From Nitrospirota bacterium (GTDB taxonomy: Bacteria > Nitrospirota > Nitrospiria > Nitrospirales > Nitrospiraceae), in contig CAVPBK010000009.1 of assembly GCA_963701855.1 (NCBI GenBank), positions 416,001 to 480,000 of the forward strand: DNA of 64,000 bases. Direction: 5' to 3'. The translations under genes and the position numbers were made by a program. The notes below the pieces were generated by a model. The model was not told where the DNA came from, searched no databases, and saw only the letters and a program-made list of their open reading frames with translations. Shown one piece after another: positions 30,120 through 40,128 of the stretch; the first letter of the stretch is position 1, and each line of letters opens with the position of its first letter.

Positions 30120-31513
30120 GAGATCATCGCCAAGGACTTCGCCTTCTCGGCTGCAACAGGAAACGTCAGCACCGTGGTGGTACCGATCCCCGGGGTGCTG
30201 GATACCTGGATGGTGCCACCATGATCTTCCATGATGCGATAGGCGATGGCGAGACCCAGACCGGTTCCGCTGGACTTTGTCGTGTAGAACGGTTCAAACA
30301 CCCGCGCGAGCTCTTCTTTCTTGATGCCGATTCCTGTGTCCTTCACCGACACAACGAGCCAGCGCGTGTCGTGGGCCTGACGGGCCTCGGCCACGACGCG
30401 GCAGAGGCCGCCGTTTGGCATGGCATGAAACGCATTGACGACGACATTCACCAGGACCTGACTGATGGCCGCCTCGTCGCCCAGAACGGACGGCAACGAT
30501 CCCTCCACCGCCTGTTCGAGACGGATCTTCCGTTCCTCCGCTTCGAATTGCATCAGCGCCATGATGTGCTCGATCAGGTCAGAGATGTTCACCTCGTGGA
30601 GGCCGACCGACCCAGGGCGGGCGAACTTCATGAAGTTGTCGAGAATGACTGAGAGGCGGTGGCATTCCGCGTTCAAGACATGGAGATAACGCGCTCCCTG
30701 TTCCGGCAGGGAACGCGCCTCCTTGAGTTCTTCTTCCAAGAGGTGGAGATTCAGGTCCATGGCACTCAGGGGATTCCGCAACTCATGGGCCACTCCCGCC
30801 GACAACGTGTGTAATGCGGCCAGCTTATCTGCGACGCGGACTCGTTGCTCGAGCGCAAGCCATTCGGTGACATCCTGAGCCTGCAGGATGACGCCGGCCG
30901 GTTCTGCATCGTCCCCTGTGAGCTTGGCTGTGCTCACCCGAATCGTGTGCGGGGTCCGGTCCTGGCTCTCATAGGGCAAATCTTTCTGACTGACATGTTG
31001 GTGACGCTTGAGTGCCCCTTCAAGCACTGCTCGGATGGTCTCTCCCCTGGCAAATACGGTTTCGTACGAATTCCCGAGCAAATCCGCCGCCGATCGTTTG
31101 AGGACTGCCTCCGCCGTTGGATTGATCACCGTGATTACTCCGTTGGGATTCACCGTGAGCACGCCGGTCGGAATGCTCTCAAGGATGTTCCGCGCCAGCC
31201 CCTTCACTTCTTCGAGTGTCCGTTTGGTGCTGTCGTAGTGGAGGAAGGTGATGACCGCCGCGATTCCGATCGCACTCACCAAAAATATCAGCACGGTGAC
31301 GACGATCAGATCGTAACGCGACCGCCACAGTGCGGGGAATAATTCTGTCGGAACGGCTTTGCCCTGTGTGAGCCCCTGGAGCAGCAGTTTCTCCTGCTCC
31401 AAACTAAAGAGCAAAATCACTGAGAGCACCAGGGCCAGGATCAGGACCACAGAGGCAATGAGCCTGTATGGAATCCTGCGAGAGAAGGCGGGTGTGGGGA
31501 TAGGCCTAAACAT
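30116..31513 (-). CDS. PAS sensor histidine kinase
   Basis: 2 TMs, PAS, AHELRNPL, DTGIG, FEPFYTTK, GTGLGL; overlaps regulator start. Confidence 0.95.
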   Translation of the reverse strand: MFRPIPTPAFSRRIPYRLIASVVLILALVLSVILLFSLEQEKLLLQGLTQGKAVPTELFPALWRSRYDLIVVTVLIFLVSAIGIAAVITFLHYDSTKRTLEEVKGLARNILESIPTGVLTVNPNGVITVINPTAEAVLKRSAADLLGNSYETVFARGETIRAVLEGALKRHQHVSQKDLPYESQDRTPHTIRVSTAKLTGDDAEPAGVILQAQDVTEWLALEQRVRVADKLAALHTLSAGVAHELRNPLSAMDLNLHLLEEELKEARSLPEQGARYLHVLNAECHRLSVILDNFMKFARPGSVGLHEVNISDLIEHIMALMQFEAEERKIRLEQAVEGSLPSVLGDEAAISQVLVNVVVNAFHAMPNGGLCRVVAEARQAHDTRWLVVSVKDTGIGIKKEELARVFEPFYTTKSSGTGLGLAIAYRIMEDHGGTIQVSSTPGIGTTTVLTFPVAAEKAKSLAMIS

Positions 31514-31667
31514 CTACATCAACTAGAACGGGAAAACATACTTTTTCATGTTAACACGCATGGTACAAGCTGTATACCCTGCGGCCTGGTCCTCAGCGAT
31601 AATGCTAGATGGTGTCTTATCCTAGGAGGACGCGCCGATCAACACCATCTCGATCGTCGAATTGCTC

Positions 31668-32733
31668 CTTGGTTTCAAACTTTTAACGCAACGAGGTGAT
31701 GAATGACCTCGCTAGGTTTCTGCCAGTGTAGCACGGCACGGGGACGGTCATTCAGCTCTCGCTGGACCCGCGTAATTTCCCGAGTCGAGACCTTGTTGCA
31801 CTCCGTCCCTTTCGGAAAGTACTGGCGGAGAAGGCCATTGGTGTTTGCATTCGTGCCTCGTTCCCACGGAGCACCGGGATGCGCGAAGTAGATGGTCATT
31901 CCGGTATCAATTGTGAACTGTTTGTGTTCGCTCAGCTCCTTGCCTTGATCATAGGTCAGGGTCTTCGTGATCTCCCGAGGCAACGATCTGAGTTCTTTCG
32001 CATAGGCTTTCCGCACCAATGTCGCGTCTTTCGCTTTGAGCGGGACAAGAATGGTATCGCGCGTCGTGCGCTCCACCAAGGTGCCGAGCGCAGTGCGCTG
32101 ATGCTTGCCCAGGATGAGGTCGCCCTCCCAGTGGCCGGGAATGGCGCGGTCAGCTACTTCAGGAGGTCGTTCTTCGATCTAGAGCCTCGCCACTATTTTG
32201 CCGCGTGTTTCTTCGTGGTTCCTACTCTTCCGTTTTCTTCGGTAGGCGCGCGCTTGCCGTAACGCCTTTATGAGCGTGGCGTTCAGCGACCCGCGAGGAA
32301 GCACGTAGATAGAGCGGTAGATGGCCTCGTGTGAGATGCGCATGGTCCTATCATTAGGATACTCTGTGGCGATGCGCTTGACGATCTCACGAGGGGACCA
32401 GCGCTTCCGCAATTTCTCCATGACGTAGACTCGCAAGCGATCGTCGCGCGTCAACCGACGCTTGCCCTGGTTGCGGGAGGAGGCACGTGCGTTCGCGCGG
32501 TTCCCAGCCGAGAAGGCGCGATACCCGCTCTTCCCGCTGTTGTGCTGGACTTCGCGGGCGACGGTGCTCGGCGCCCGACCCAACCGCCGTACCATGGCCG
32601 AGAGACTTGCTCCCTGCGCAAGCCCTCGGCTGACTTCCTCGCGTTCAGCTGCTGAAAGCCGATGGTATGGTGTTGTGGGAGGCATACGGATACATCGTAC
32701 TCATATCCGTTGCGTTAAATGTCTGACTCCAAG
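31668..32733 (-). mobile_element. IS30-family element, inactive
   Basis: Imperfect terminal IRs CTTGGTTTCAAACTTTTAACGCAAC (31668-31692) and 32709-32733; transposase 31675-32685 has HTH, GHWEGD, TYDQG, an in-frame TAG at 32179, and NENTN changed to NANTN. Confidence 0.9.
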
Positions 32734-32849
32734 CTGGAATACGTTGAGGATTTTTTCGGGCCGAGTACGACGCAGATGCCAGTAGATCGTTTGCCGCAGT
32801 AGAATGGCATTACTCGGACAGGCTCCTGGAACCCTCGGTAAATCTTTAC

Positions 32850-33000
32850 ACTGTGAACGACATCAGCTGCTTGAATCGGACCTAACACGGTCTTCGGCGA
32901 GGTCTTTCGTGGCATGGAGGTGGTGGACAAGATCGTCGCCGCCGTCCGAGAAGAAGCCGACAATCCCCTGGAGCTGATGACGATAACGGTGAAGGAATAC
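32850..33000 (+). pseudogene. Decayed duplicate of the cyclophilin 3' end (copy of about 19358-19514)
   Basis: ACACGGTCTTCGGCGAGGTCTTTCGTGGCATGGAGGTGGTGGACAAGATCGTCGC...GACAATCCCCTG matches the intact gene, with indels. Confidence 0.9.
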
Positions 33001-33098
33001 CCGAAGAACAGATGGCTGTTAACCTATAGCGAATGGCTAGAAGAAAACGTCTGTCTCACGCCAACCAAAACATTACCTCGCTGATCTTTATTTCTGGC

Positions 33099-33554
33099 CT
33101 AACTTTCAACTTCCCGCAATGACTTTGGCCGAAAGCCCCGGTACAGAACCCACGCAATGAGGCCCACCAGAGCGCCCACAACGTAGTGGTGCGGTTCAGG
33201 AAACTTCTTTCCCCCTGGTTCAGAAACCTTCCCTTCGAAGAATCTCATCGGATATCCTTTGAGTTCTTCAATTTGTTGAAATGTGAAGGTTAACTCTTGT
33301 GCCGTGTGGTCGAATGAATTCTCGAATGGTTTCAATGTTACCGTTCCTTCGGAGCAGGAAAGTGACTCGATTGCAGGTGAGTCATAGGAGCGAAAAAACT
33401 CCTGCTCTTCTGAACCTAGAGTTTGAATAGTGACATTATACCCAAATGATGTCATTGCTCCACCGTTACTCCTGTAAAGCTTAATACTCGACTGAGGCCT
33501 CTCAATTTGACAACTTGCTATAAACTCATCGATGAAATTCAGGTACGTAACCAC
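33099..33554 (-). CDS. Hypothetical membrane protein (lower GC, start uncertain)
   Basis: Open frame with C-terminal TM; an upstream hydrophobic stretch lacks an ATG. Confidence 0.4.
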   Translation of the reverse strand: MVTYLNFIDEFIASCQIERPQSSIKLYRSNGGAMTSFGYNVTIQTLGSEEQEFFRSYDSPAIESLSCSEGTVTLKPFENSFDHTAQELTFTFQQIEELKGYPMRFFEGKVSEPGGKKFPEPHHYVVGALVGLIAWVLYRGFRPKSLREVES

Positions 33555-33816
33555 AGGCTGAAAGACAGAGAATCCAATGGCGAGGGCCCCGAAGAAGACT
33601 GATAAGAATTCGAGCTTCCATCTTTTAATTCTAGCATGCCTCCACCATGCGCCTTCCAGGCCGCTCAGGCGTCACCCACGGGGGCGCACGGAGCGACAAT
33701 AGGGGGCTACCACGTCTTGCGCGCCGCACGAGTCGGTGAGAGCGCGTTCCGGAGGGTCCGTTGAGGATGTTTTTCGAGGTGAGAACGCAGCTGGGAATCT
33801 GTTTCAGCAGCCGAAG

Positions 33817-35064
33817 CTAGAAGAAGGCCATGCTGGCATACGTGACCGTCGAGTTGTACTGGTCGGTGATCCCGCGGTCGTAGCGTAACACCTGCCCACT
33901 CTCCGCCTCGATCAGCCGTAGCAACGAATAGATGGGTGAGAAACCGGAGATCCGGCGCTGGTCCTGCTCTTTCCTGATGTAGTTGGCGAACTCTTCAGGC
34001 TGTCGCTCCTCCACCGGCTTCAGCATTTCCAGGTCGAACTGCATGCAGCGATGAAAGGAGAAGTCCGTCGGAGGGGCCTTGTCCCCGTAGCGCATACCCA
34101 GATGCGCCAACTCTCCCGCTGCAATCACACAGTAGTCCCTGCCCGATTGCATGAGGGCCGCTCGAAGTCCTGACAAAAACTGGTCGACCGAATGGCGAAC
34201 AGTCGGATCTCCCAGGCTCGACGCGGAGAAGGCACTCAAGATCGGAACGATGGTAAAGGACTTCTTGCTCCCCACGATGTCCTGAAGAAACGGGAGCTGA
34301 AATTCCACGGCCTGCTCCGACTGATGGCAGAGATCGTCCTCGAAGAACGTTGGGAGGCTGGCCTTGAGCTGACTCAGAATCGGTTGATCGGCAGTGACGA
34401 CCCCGAGAGGCGTTTCAAAATCCTTATCCGTCACGGCAAACACATGATCCAATCCGGCAGAGGCTGTGCCGATGATGACGAACAGATCCGGCTGTTCCGC
34501 ATCTTGCAGCTCTTTATAGGCCCAGGCATAGACCGGCCCTGCTTGCTTCAGATCATAGGTCGGCGCGACGAGGCCTTTAATTTTTTTCCCTGCATGTTCT
34601 GACGGTTTGAAGTCCGGCCCTTCTTTCGATGTAAAAAATCCATCAATCTGTTTTTTCAGTTTCGTTCCGTCTGCTTCGTAGCCCCGCCCGGCAAACGCCG
34701 CGCGGCGCAGCGGGGTCTGCCGATAGGCGTCCCGCGCCATCCGGCGAGCGTCCTCAGCACGCTGACCTTCCAAGAATAACTTTTCATTCAGGTCGGAAAC
34801 TAGCTGATCCATCTTGCTGGGAACGAGGAATTCACCGAATCGTTTGAGATACAATGCTCCGATTTCCGCCAGCGAATGCTCGCCGTCGAAATGCTGAATG
34901 ATGAAAAAATAGTTGAGCGGCAGCACGAGCTTTTCCTTGCTCAGTCCCGTGGGATCCCATAGAACCATGTACTGCTCTTCACCTTCTTTGATCGGCGAGA
35001 ATTGTAGATTACGAAGAGCGGGGCACTGTTTGGGATCGTTAGCGGTGCCGGTCGTAGTAGTCAT
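33817..35064 (-). CDS. MEMO1/AmmeMemoRadiSam protein B-like, degenerate metal site
   Basis: AFAGRGY, FETPLG, VEFQLPFL, LAHLG.RYGD, VTYASM. Confidence 0.8.
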   Translation of the reverse strand: MTTTTGTANDPKQCPALRNLQFSPIKEGEEQYMVLWDPTGLSKEKLVLPLNYFFIIQHFDGEHSLAEIGALYLKRFGEFLVPSKMDQLVSDLNEKLFLEGQRAEDARRMARDAYRQTPLRRAAFAGRGYEADGTKLKKQIDGFFTSKEGPDFKPSEHAGKKIKGLVAPTYDLKQAGPVYAWAYKELQDAEQPDLFVIIGTASAGLDHVFAVTDKDFETPLGVVTADQPILSQLKASLPTFFEDDLCHQSEQAVEFQLPFLQDIVGSKKSFTIVPILSAFSASSLGDPTVRHSVDQFLSGLRAALMQSGRDYCVIAAGELAHLGMRYGDKAPPTDFSFHRCMQFDLEMLKPVEERQPEEFANYIRKEQDQRRISGFSPIYSLLRLIEAESGQVLRYDRGITDQYNSTVTYASMAFF

Positions 35065-35148
35065 GACGCTCCTTCTTGGACCGCCATTGTAGCCAAGGAA
35101 TTACGCTTGCTGCAACCGCTGATCTGGTTCATTTGGAGAACACTCCTG

Positions 35149-35272
35149 CAGGATGCTCAAAAAGGCCGTTCAGCAAGGCCGCAGCGAGTGAGGGGCCGAG
35201 GCGTACCCTCTGAGGTACGTTGAGGGTCTGAACGATGCGAGAACAATGCTGGCGGACTTTTTCAGCATCCTG
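35149..35272 (-). repeat. Family A palindromic element (CAGGATGCTxAAAA...TTTTxAGCATCCTG)
   Basis: Terminal IRs; copies at 48765-48888, 55907-56028, 62299-62455. Confidence 0.85.
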
Positions 35273-36025
35273 CTACTCTTCTTTGGGCTGCTTGCTGCTA
35301 GATCGGCGAGCCATCACTACCAACATGAGGATGGTTAACCCTCCGAGCCAGAGGCTCGGCCTGCCATAGGAGGGGTCGGTGAACTCGATGAGGTCGGTCA
35401 ATCGCCCGATCAAGAGCGACATGCGAGCCATTACTGTATAGCCAAAGGCTGCACCGAACGCGATCATCAGGAACATGATGCCCGTGCGGGCTACGACCTT
35501 GCCTGGCCCAGTATGTTCGACGGAGAAAAAGAAGTAGAACAGCACCGAGCTGACGCCGACCAGGATGATAATGATGTTCAGGCTGCTGGACGGATTCAGG
35601 AGATTCCAGGTAAAGGTGACACCTTCTCCCGGTACCAGCGTCAATAGCGGGCGGACCGTATCCTCGATCTGTTTCAAGATAAAGGACGAGATCGTCCGTG
35701 GAATAGCGAGCCCCGATCCTACTCCCACGATAAAAGCAAACGCGTAGCGCGAGATCCAAGCGGCTTTGGGGACATAGCGCGTGAGCATGAGCGTCCCGAT
35801 GGCGACTGGAACCAACAACGTCCACTCCCCGTTCTCGACGATCGGCTTCCAGATTAGCTGCACGACCACCGTGTCATAGGTTTTGATGATCGTATAGCCG
35901 ACCGATACGCCAACGTAGAGATTCTCCGCCAGCTTAAAGAGCGGGTTGTCCTTATAGAGGAACGTGAAGATGAAGAGAGTCAACCCCGTCGCCACCCACG
36001 CCCCGACGATCAATTCAAACGCCAT
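35273..36025 (-). CDS. Conserved hypothetical multi-TM protein (GlmL-associated operon)
   Basis: FTFLYKDNPLFKLAENLYVG, FLMIAFGAAFGYTVMARMSLLIGR. Confidence 0.8.
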   Translation of the reverse strand: MAFELIVGAWVATGLTLFIFTFLYKDNPLFKLAENLYVGVSVGYTIIKTYDTVVVQLIWKPIVENGEWTLLVPVAIGTLMLTRYVPKAAWISRYAFAFIVGVGSGLAIPRTISSFILKQIEDTVRPLLTLVPGEGVTFTWNLLNPSSSLNIIIILVGVSSVLFYFFFSVEHTGPGKVVARTGIMFLMIAFGAAFGYTVMARMSLLIGRLTDLIEFTDPSYGRPSLWLGGLTILMLVVMARRSSSKQPKEE

Positions 36026-36031
36026 CGCTCG

Positions 36032-36877
36032 TTATGCCCCCGCCTGGCCCTGCTGTCGGGCTCTGTTGCGCGATGAGAAATAGAACAGGTTACACATGAT
36101 GACCAGCACAATAATGGCGAGATGCGTAGCCGACTGCGCATCCATGCCGGCGACGGCCTTGCCCTTCTGTCCGATAAGAATTTCATATTCTGCCGCACCC
36201 CGCAGGCCCCCGATCAGGCCATTGATCTGCCCACTCCGCAACAACGGATAGAGCCCCGGCGCCATGACGCCCGTACAGCCGCCGCCGAGCTCGAACTTGT
36301 ATTTATCCTTACCGAAGACATACCAAGCTTCCACACCGGGATTGCCAGCGCCCAGGCTGACGACATAGTTCACATCGCGCAGATTCGCGACACCGTGCAG
36401 TACTGGCAAGCCTTTCGTAGGTTTGCCATTGTAGTCGGCTGGGAACGCCCCATAGAGGTCTTGCCCCATGTTGATAATGACGGCGGTCCCACCTGGGCTC
36501 CAGCCGAGGAACACATAATCCTTTCCGCTTTCTTTGCCCATCTCGCGGGCGACTTGCGTGACGACCTGGTCGGCCATTCCTGTGCCGGAGACCCAGAGCG
36601 TCATCGCGATCACGCGGAGGTTCTTTCTGAAGGCATGACGCAGCAATGAAATCGATTGAGGATGCAACTCGGGCTTCGACGCCGGATCGAAGTCCAGCGA
36701 GAGCAGAAACACAGATCCCTCAGGGAGCGACTCGATATGGTCGTAGACCCCATGAACCTCCGGAGAAATCTTGATCGGCAATCCCACCGGGTAGAGCAGC
36801 GGCAAGAGCGTGCAGATGCCGATCACCAGGAAGATGATCCGCCGGTCGATCTTCAGCATGCGTTCAGCGAAGGTCAT
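36032..36877 (-). CDS. Conserved membrane-anchored protein (GlmL-associated operon)
   Basis: N- and C-terminal TMs around an alpha/beta domain; GLRGAAEYE, GMDAQS. Confidence 0.8.
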   Translation of the reverse strand: MTFAERMLKIDRRIIFLVIGICTLLPLLYPVGLPIKISPEVHGVYDHIESLPEGSVFLLSLDFDPASKPELHPQSISLLRHAFRKNLRVIAMTLWVSGTGMADQVVTQVAREMGKESGKDYVFLGWSPGGTAVIINMGQDLYGAFPADYNGKPTKGLPVLHGVANLRDVNYVVSLGAGNPGVEAWYVFGKDKYKFELGGGCTGVMAPGLYPLLRSGQINGLIGGLRGAAEYEILIGQKGKAVAGMDAQSATHLAIIVLVIMCNLFYFSSRNRARQQGQAGA

Positions 36878-36956
36878 CGTGAGACCGTTGCTCGTGAATC
36901 GTTAACCATTAATCGACTTACTTTTTCGTTTAACGAATAACGTTGAACGTATAACG

Positions 36957-37607
36957 TCATTCCTTTCCGCCTCCAAGATACGACCGTTCCATGCCGAAGA
37001 TGATCTTGATGGAGAGCGCGACAGTTCCAAGGCTGACGCCGATCAGGATCGCACGCCGCACCGACGCATTCAGCACGTTCAAGATCCACTGAGAGAGGTC
37101 GCCGCTGAGCGGGATCAAATATTCTCCGAGCGGGACGCGGCCCATCATGACAATCACCGCCGCAATGAGCAGCACCGCCGCCTCGCGGCTCCGCGCGCGG
37201 AACGACCGATAGGCTGCCGAGGCGATGAAGAACGCGAGGATGGCGAACATCGTCCCTTGCAGCGGGACCATCATGAAGTTATAGAACCACCCGAAGGCGG
37301 TCATGGTGCCGTCGACGGCTTCCTTGCCGTTCGACCAGAAACCGACCGCTATGGTGCCCAGCATGCTGACATAGAGGACAAAACTATAGCCCCAACCCGC
37401 TTCTTTGCGCCGGATCTTGGCGGCATGGACGTGGAATAGGCTGCTGACGCCCAGCACCAGCGCGAACCCCCCGATGATCTGGAGCCACTTCGTGACGGAG
37501 GTCAGCATCTGCTCCGAAGCCGGATGCGGCACATAATATTGCGCCGCCATCGCCAGCCCGGCGATGAGCGTAATCAGGAGCGGAACCTGTCGGCGCAGGA
37601 AGATCAT
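36957..37607 (-). CDS. Conserved multi-TM protein (GlmL-associated operon)
   Basis: MIFLRRQVPL; ATGA overlap with upstream stop; TMFAILAFFIASAAYRSFR. Confidence 0.8.
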   Translation of the reverse strand: MIFLRRQVPLLITLIAGLAMAAQYYVPHPASEQMLTSVTKWLQIIGGFALVLGVSSLFHVHAAKIRRKEAGWGYSFVLYVSMLGTIAVGFWSNGKEAVDGTMTAFGWFYNFMMVPLQGTMFAILAFFIASAAYRSFRARSREAAVLLIAAVIVMMGRVPLGEYLIPLSGDLSQWILNVLNASVRRAILIGVSLGTVALSIKIIFGMERSYLGGGKE

Positions 37608-38911
37608 TTCACATCCCGGAAAAAATCCAGAAATAATTTCGGCCACTGCGCGTCGAGAATCACCCCGAGAGTGGCCAGTATGGTCCCGATGCCAAGCACA
37701 CCGAGGATCAGCGCTTTGCCGATATCTTGCCCGCGCAGCGTGCCGACCTGAACCGGTTCTCTGGAGAGATAGGCGCTGGCGGCGTACAACTCCTCGCCGA
37801 TCAAGGTGTAGTCGCAAGTCGTCACAAAGAACGGAAGCTGGTGATCGGAGTCAGTCCCGGCAATCTGGATCGCGCCGGTGCTCGCGCCCGTTTCTGTCAA
37901 CAGCAACGCCTCGGCGAAATAATGCCCCATAAAGAAGTTCGCTGCGGGTTTTTTGCGCAACATGATGCCGTCCACCGCTGCGGTATAGCTGAATTGATCC
38001 GACGTAATAAAAAAATTCGAGTCGTCTTTATAGAGATCGGGTTTTCCGGCTTCCAGATACGCCTGTTTGGTAATTTCCTGGCAGACAGCCATGGTAATGG
38101 GATCGCGGTGGGGCACAAGCAAATCGGTTTCATAGGCTGCGGTGCGTTTGGCCACGCGCCCGAGAATAACCGCCGCAGCAATGGTGGAAGGGTCGCTCAT
38201 GTCGTGGGCGCCGGTTAGGTAGAGAATCGGTTTGCCCAGCTCCGTCGCGCGGCCGATGGCCTCATCCACAGCATCGAGCCCGGGTATGCGCCGGAGGAAG
38301 ATCTCCCGTTTTCTGGCTGTACTAATGGCATAGAACACGATGCCGCCGAACAGGAGCGCCAACAGAAGATTGTTCATCTGATTCCAGTTGATCCAGTTCG
38401 GTTGCGGTGTGGCCTGAACCGGTGTGGCGATGACACGATCGTCGTTCAGCACGGCAGCCACGGTGATGCTGTACGCATTCCCGTTTTTGAGCTCGACTCC
38501 CCTTCCATTCTTCAGCGTGAACTGATGCTGCTCTCCAGTCGTCGGCCTCGTCCACCAAGGCCATTTCGATTCTCGGACATAGCGCTGGTTCGCAGGGAAC
38601 TCCGCCACGACTTTCATCGCAGCCGGATCTTGCACAGTGGTTCCTTCGCTGAGTAAGACTTGATATTTGGCCACGGCACTATCGTAAGGAGCGGGCGACC
38701 AGAGCAGGGTCAGACTGCCGCCGCCATCACTGGGGGTGTCGAACGCCCGAACGTCTTGAGGTGGCGCGAGAGACATCTTCGTCTGGGCGTCGGTTTGGGC
38801 AAGCACCGGCGAAACAGACAGGCAAAGAGCAGCGACTTGCAGCAGAATGCCCGCGCATACTGAACGAGCATTCTCACGTTTCACGTTTAATGTTTCACCT
38901 CTCACGGGCAC
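37604..38911 (-). CDS. Fibronectin-III-like + DUF6754-like membrane protein
   Basis: APPQDVRAFDTPSDGGGSLTLLW; RRIPGLDAVDEAIGRATELG; QLPFFVTTCDYTLIGEELYAASAYLS. Confidence 0.75.
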   Translation of the reverse strand: MPVRGETLNVKRENARSVCAGILLQVAALCLSVSPVLAQTDAQTKMSLAPPQDVRAFDTPSDGGGSLTLLWSPAPYDSAVAKYQVLLSEGTTVQDPAAMKVVAEFPANQRYVRESKWPWWTRPTTGEQHQFTLKNGRGVELKNGNAYSITVAAVLNDDRVIATPVQATPQPNWINWNQMNNLLLALLFGGIVFYAISTARKREIFLRRIPGLDAVDEAIGRATELGKPILYLTGAHDMSDPSTIAAAVILGRVAKRTAAYETDLLVPHRDPITMAVCQEITKQAYLEAGKPDLYKDDSNFFITSDQFSYTAAVDGIMLRKKPAANFFMGHYFAEALLLTETGASTGAIQIAGTDSDHQLPFFVTTCDYTLIGEELYAASAYLSREPVQVGTLRGQDIGKALILGVLGIGTILATLGVILDAQWPKLFLDFFRDVK

Positions 38912-40044
38912 TAGGCTCCTTCAATCAATTCAATATTCGTCCGCGGAATGACGGCCTTGCTGCCGTCGGCAAAGCGAACTTCCATCACACGCACGTCACT
39001 CTCGGTCGGAATCTTCTGGAGATCGGACGGCAAACTTGCAACTTCACCGATCTTGCCGAACAACGGGTCTCGAATGATGCGAACCTGGTCGCCGATCCTG
39101 ATCCCTTCCCTCTGCGGCACGGTGGCCGCATTGTGAGCGCCCGCTGCGTCTGCCTGTTTGGGAATGATGATCTCCGGACGAATGACGCCGGCACGAATTT
39201 GCGTGGCGCCTGAAATAGACGCCTGTTGTCCTGCATGGGCTGAAAGCAGCGCGAACGTTTTGCCGGCCATGGGGATGGAGCCGAACCCTTCGGTGAGAAT
39301 CAGGGTAAAACCGACCTGTTCCGTGCCCGTGATGGCCACGCCAAGGTCGTAGCCAAGCAGCGCTCGCAAATCCTTATCGTGAATGCCGCCAATCACCAAA
39401 CCTGCAACCCCCACTTCCTTCGCGCGAGCCAGCGCGTCGGAAGAGATGAAGGAACCTCCCACGACGACCTTGCCTTTCATGTCCGCGGTGAGGTGACGAG
39501 GCGTCAGCGCTTCGTCCGGTGACGTCACCGCGATCACAATCTCGCCCCTGGTTTCACCGCCGATGCCAAAGATGCCCTGCACCAGACTGCAATCGGTTTC
39601 GACCACGACACCTTGCTGCGGAATCACCTCGACGATTCGCCCATCGACATAGCCCAGCAACTCCAACACGCGAGGCGGCTCCCGCAACAGAACCTGCCCC
39701 GTAACTGCCGACAGGGATTCCACGACGCCGGTGATCGGCGAACGTACTTCCGTTTTGAGCCACTTGATGAGTGGTTTGTTCTCGGCCAGGATCTCGTCCT
39801 TCTGCACCGAATCGCCGGCCTTTTTGATCAAATACTCGTGAATCTCATCCGGTGCTACGCCCAACTGATTGGCAAGATTCAGGGGATAGACCTTCCCTGG
39901 CAATTCCGCACGAGCCACCGCCTGACTCGCGCGCACAGCCTCTCCGGTTGCGACCAGCAAGATACCAGGCAGCGACAACATCCGCCGTCGCCGGATCGTT
40001 GTGTGCTCTGTAACGGTTAAGCCTGGGGTATAGGAATGAGCCAT
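38911..40044 (-). CDS. Conserved soluble protein with barrel-sandwich hybrid-like and KOW-like segments
   Basis: GDSVQKDEILA...RSPITGVV; GIRIGDQVRIIRDPLFGKIGEV. Confidence 0.75.
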   Translation of the reverse strand: MAHSYTPGLTVTEHTTIRRRRMLSLPGILLVATGEAVRASQAVARAELPGKVYPLNLANQLGVAPDEIHEYLIKKAGDSVQKDEILAENKPLIKWLKTEVRSPITGVVESLSAVTGQVLLREPPRVLELLGYVDGRIVEVIPQQGVVVETDCSLVQGIFGIGGETRGEIVIAVTSPDEALTPRHLTADMKGKVVVGGSFISSDALARAKEVGVAGLVIGGIHDKDLRALLGYDLGVAITGTEQVGFTLILTEGFGSIPMAGKTFALLSAHAGQQASISGATQIRAGVIRPEIIIPKQADAAGAHNAATVPQREGIRIGDQVRIIRDPLFGKIGEVASLPSDLQKIPTESDVRVMEVRFADGSKAVIPRTNIELIEGA

Positions 40045-40053
40045 CGTTAAAAT

Positions 40054-40128
40054 AGGTTAAGGTCGAGGTTTAGGTGAACAATACGCACTGCTCTCGGTCC
40101 TTCTTAGCCTCAGCCTTAACCTCAACCT
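40054..40128. repeat. Family D hexamer hairpin; supplies the TGA stop of the GlmL-like gene
   Basis: AGGTTAAGGTCGAGGTTTAGG...CTTAGCCTCAGCCTTAACCTCAACCT. Confidence 0.7.
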
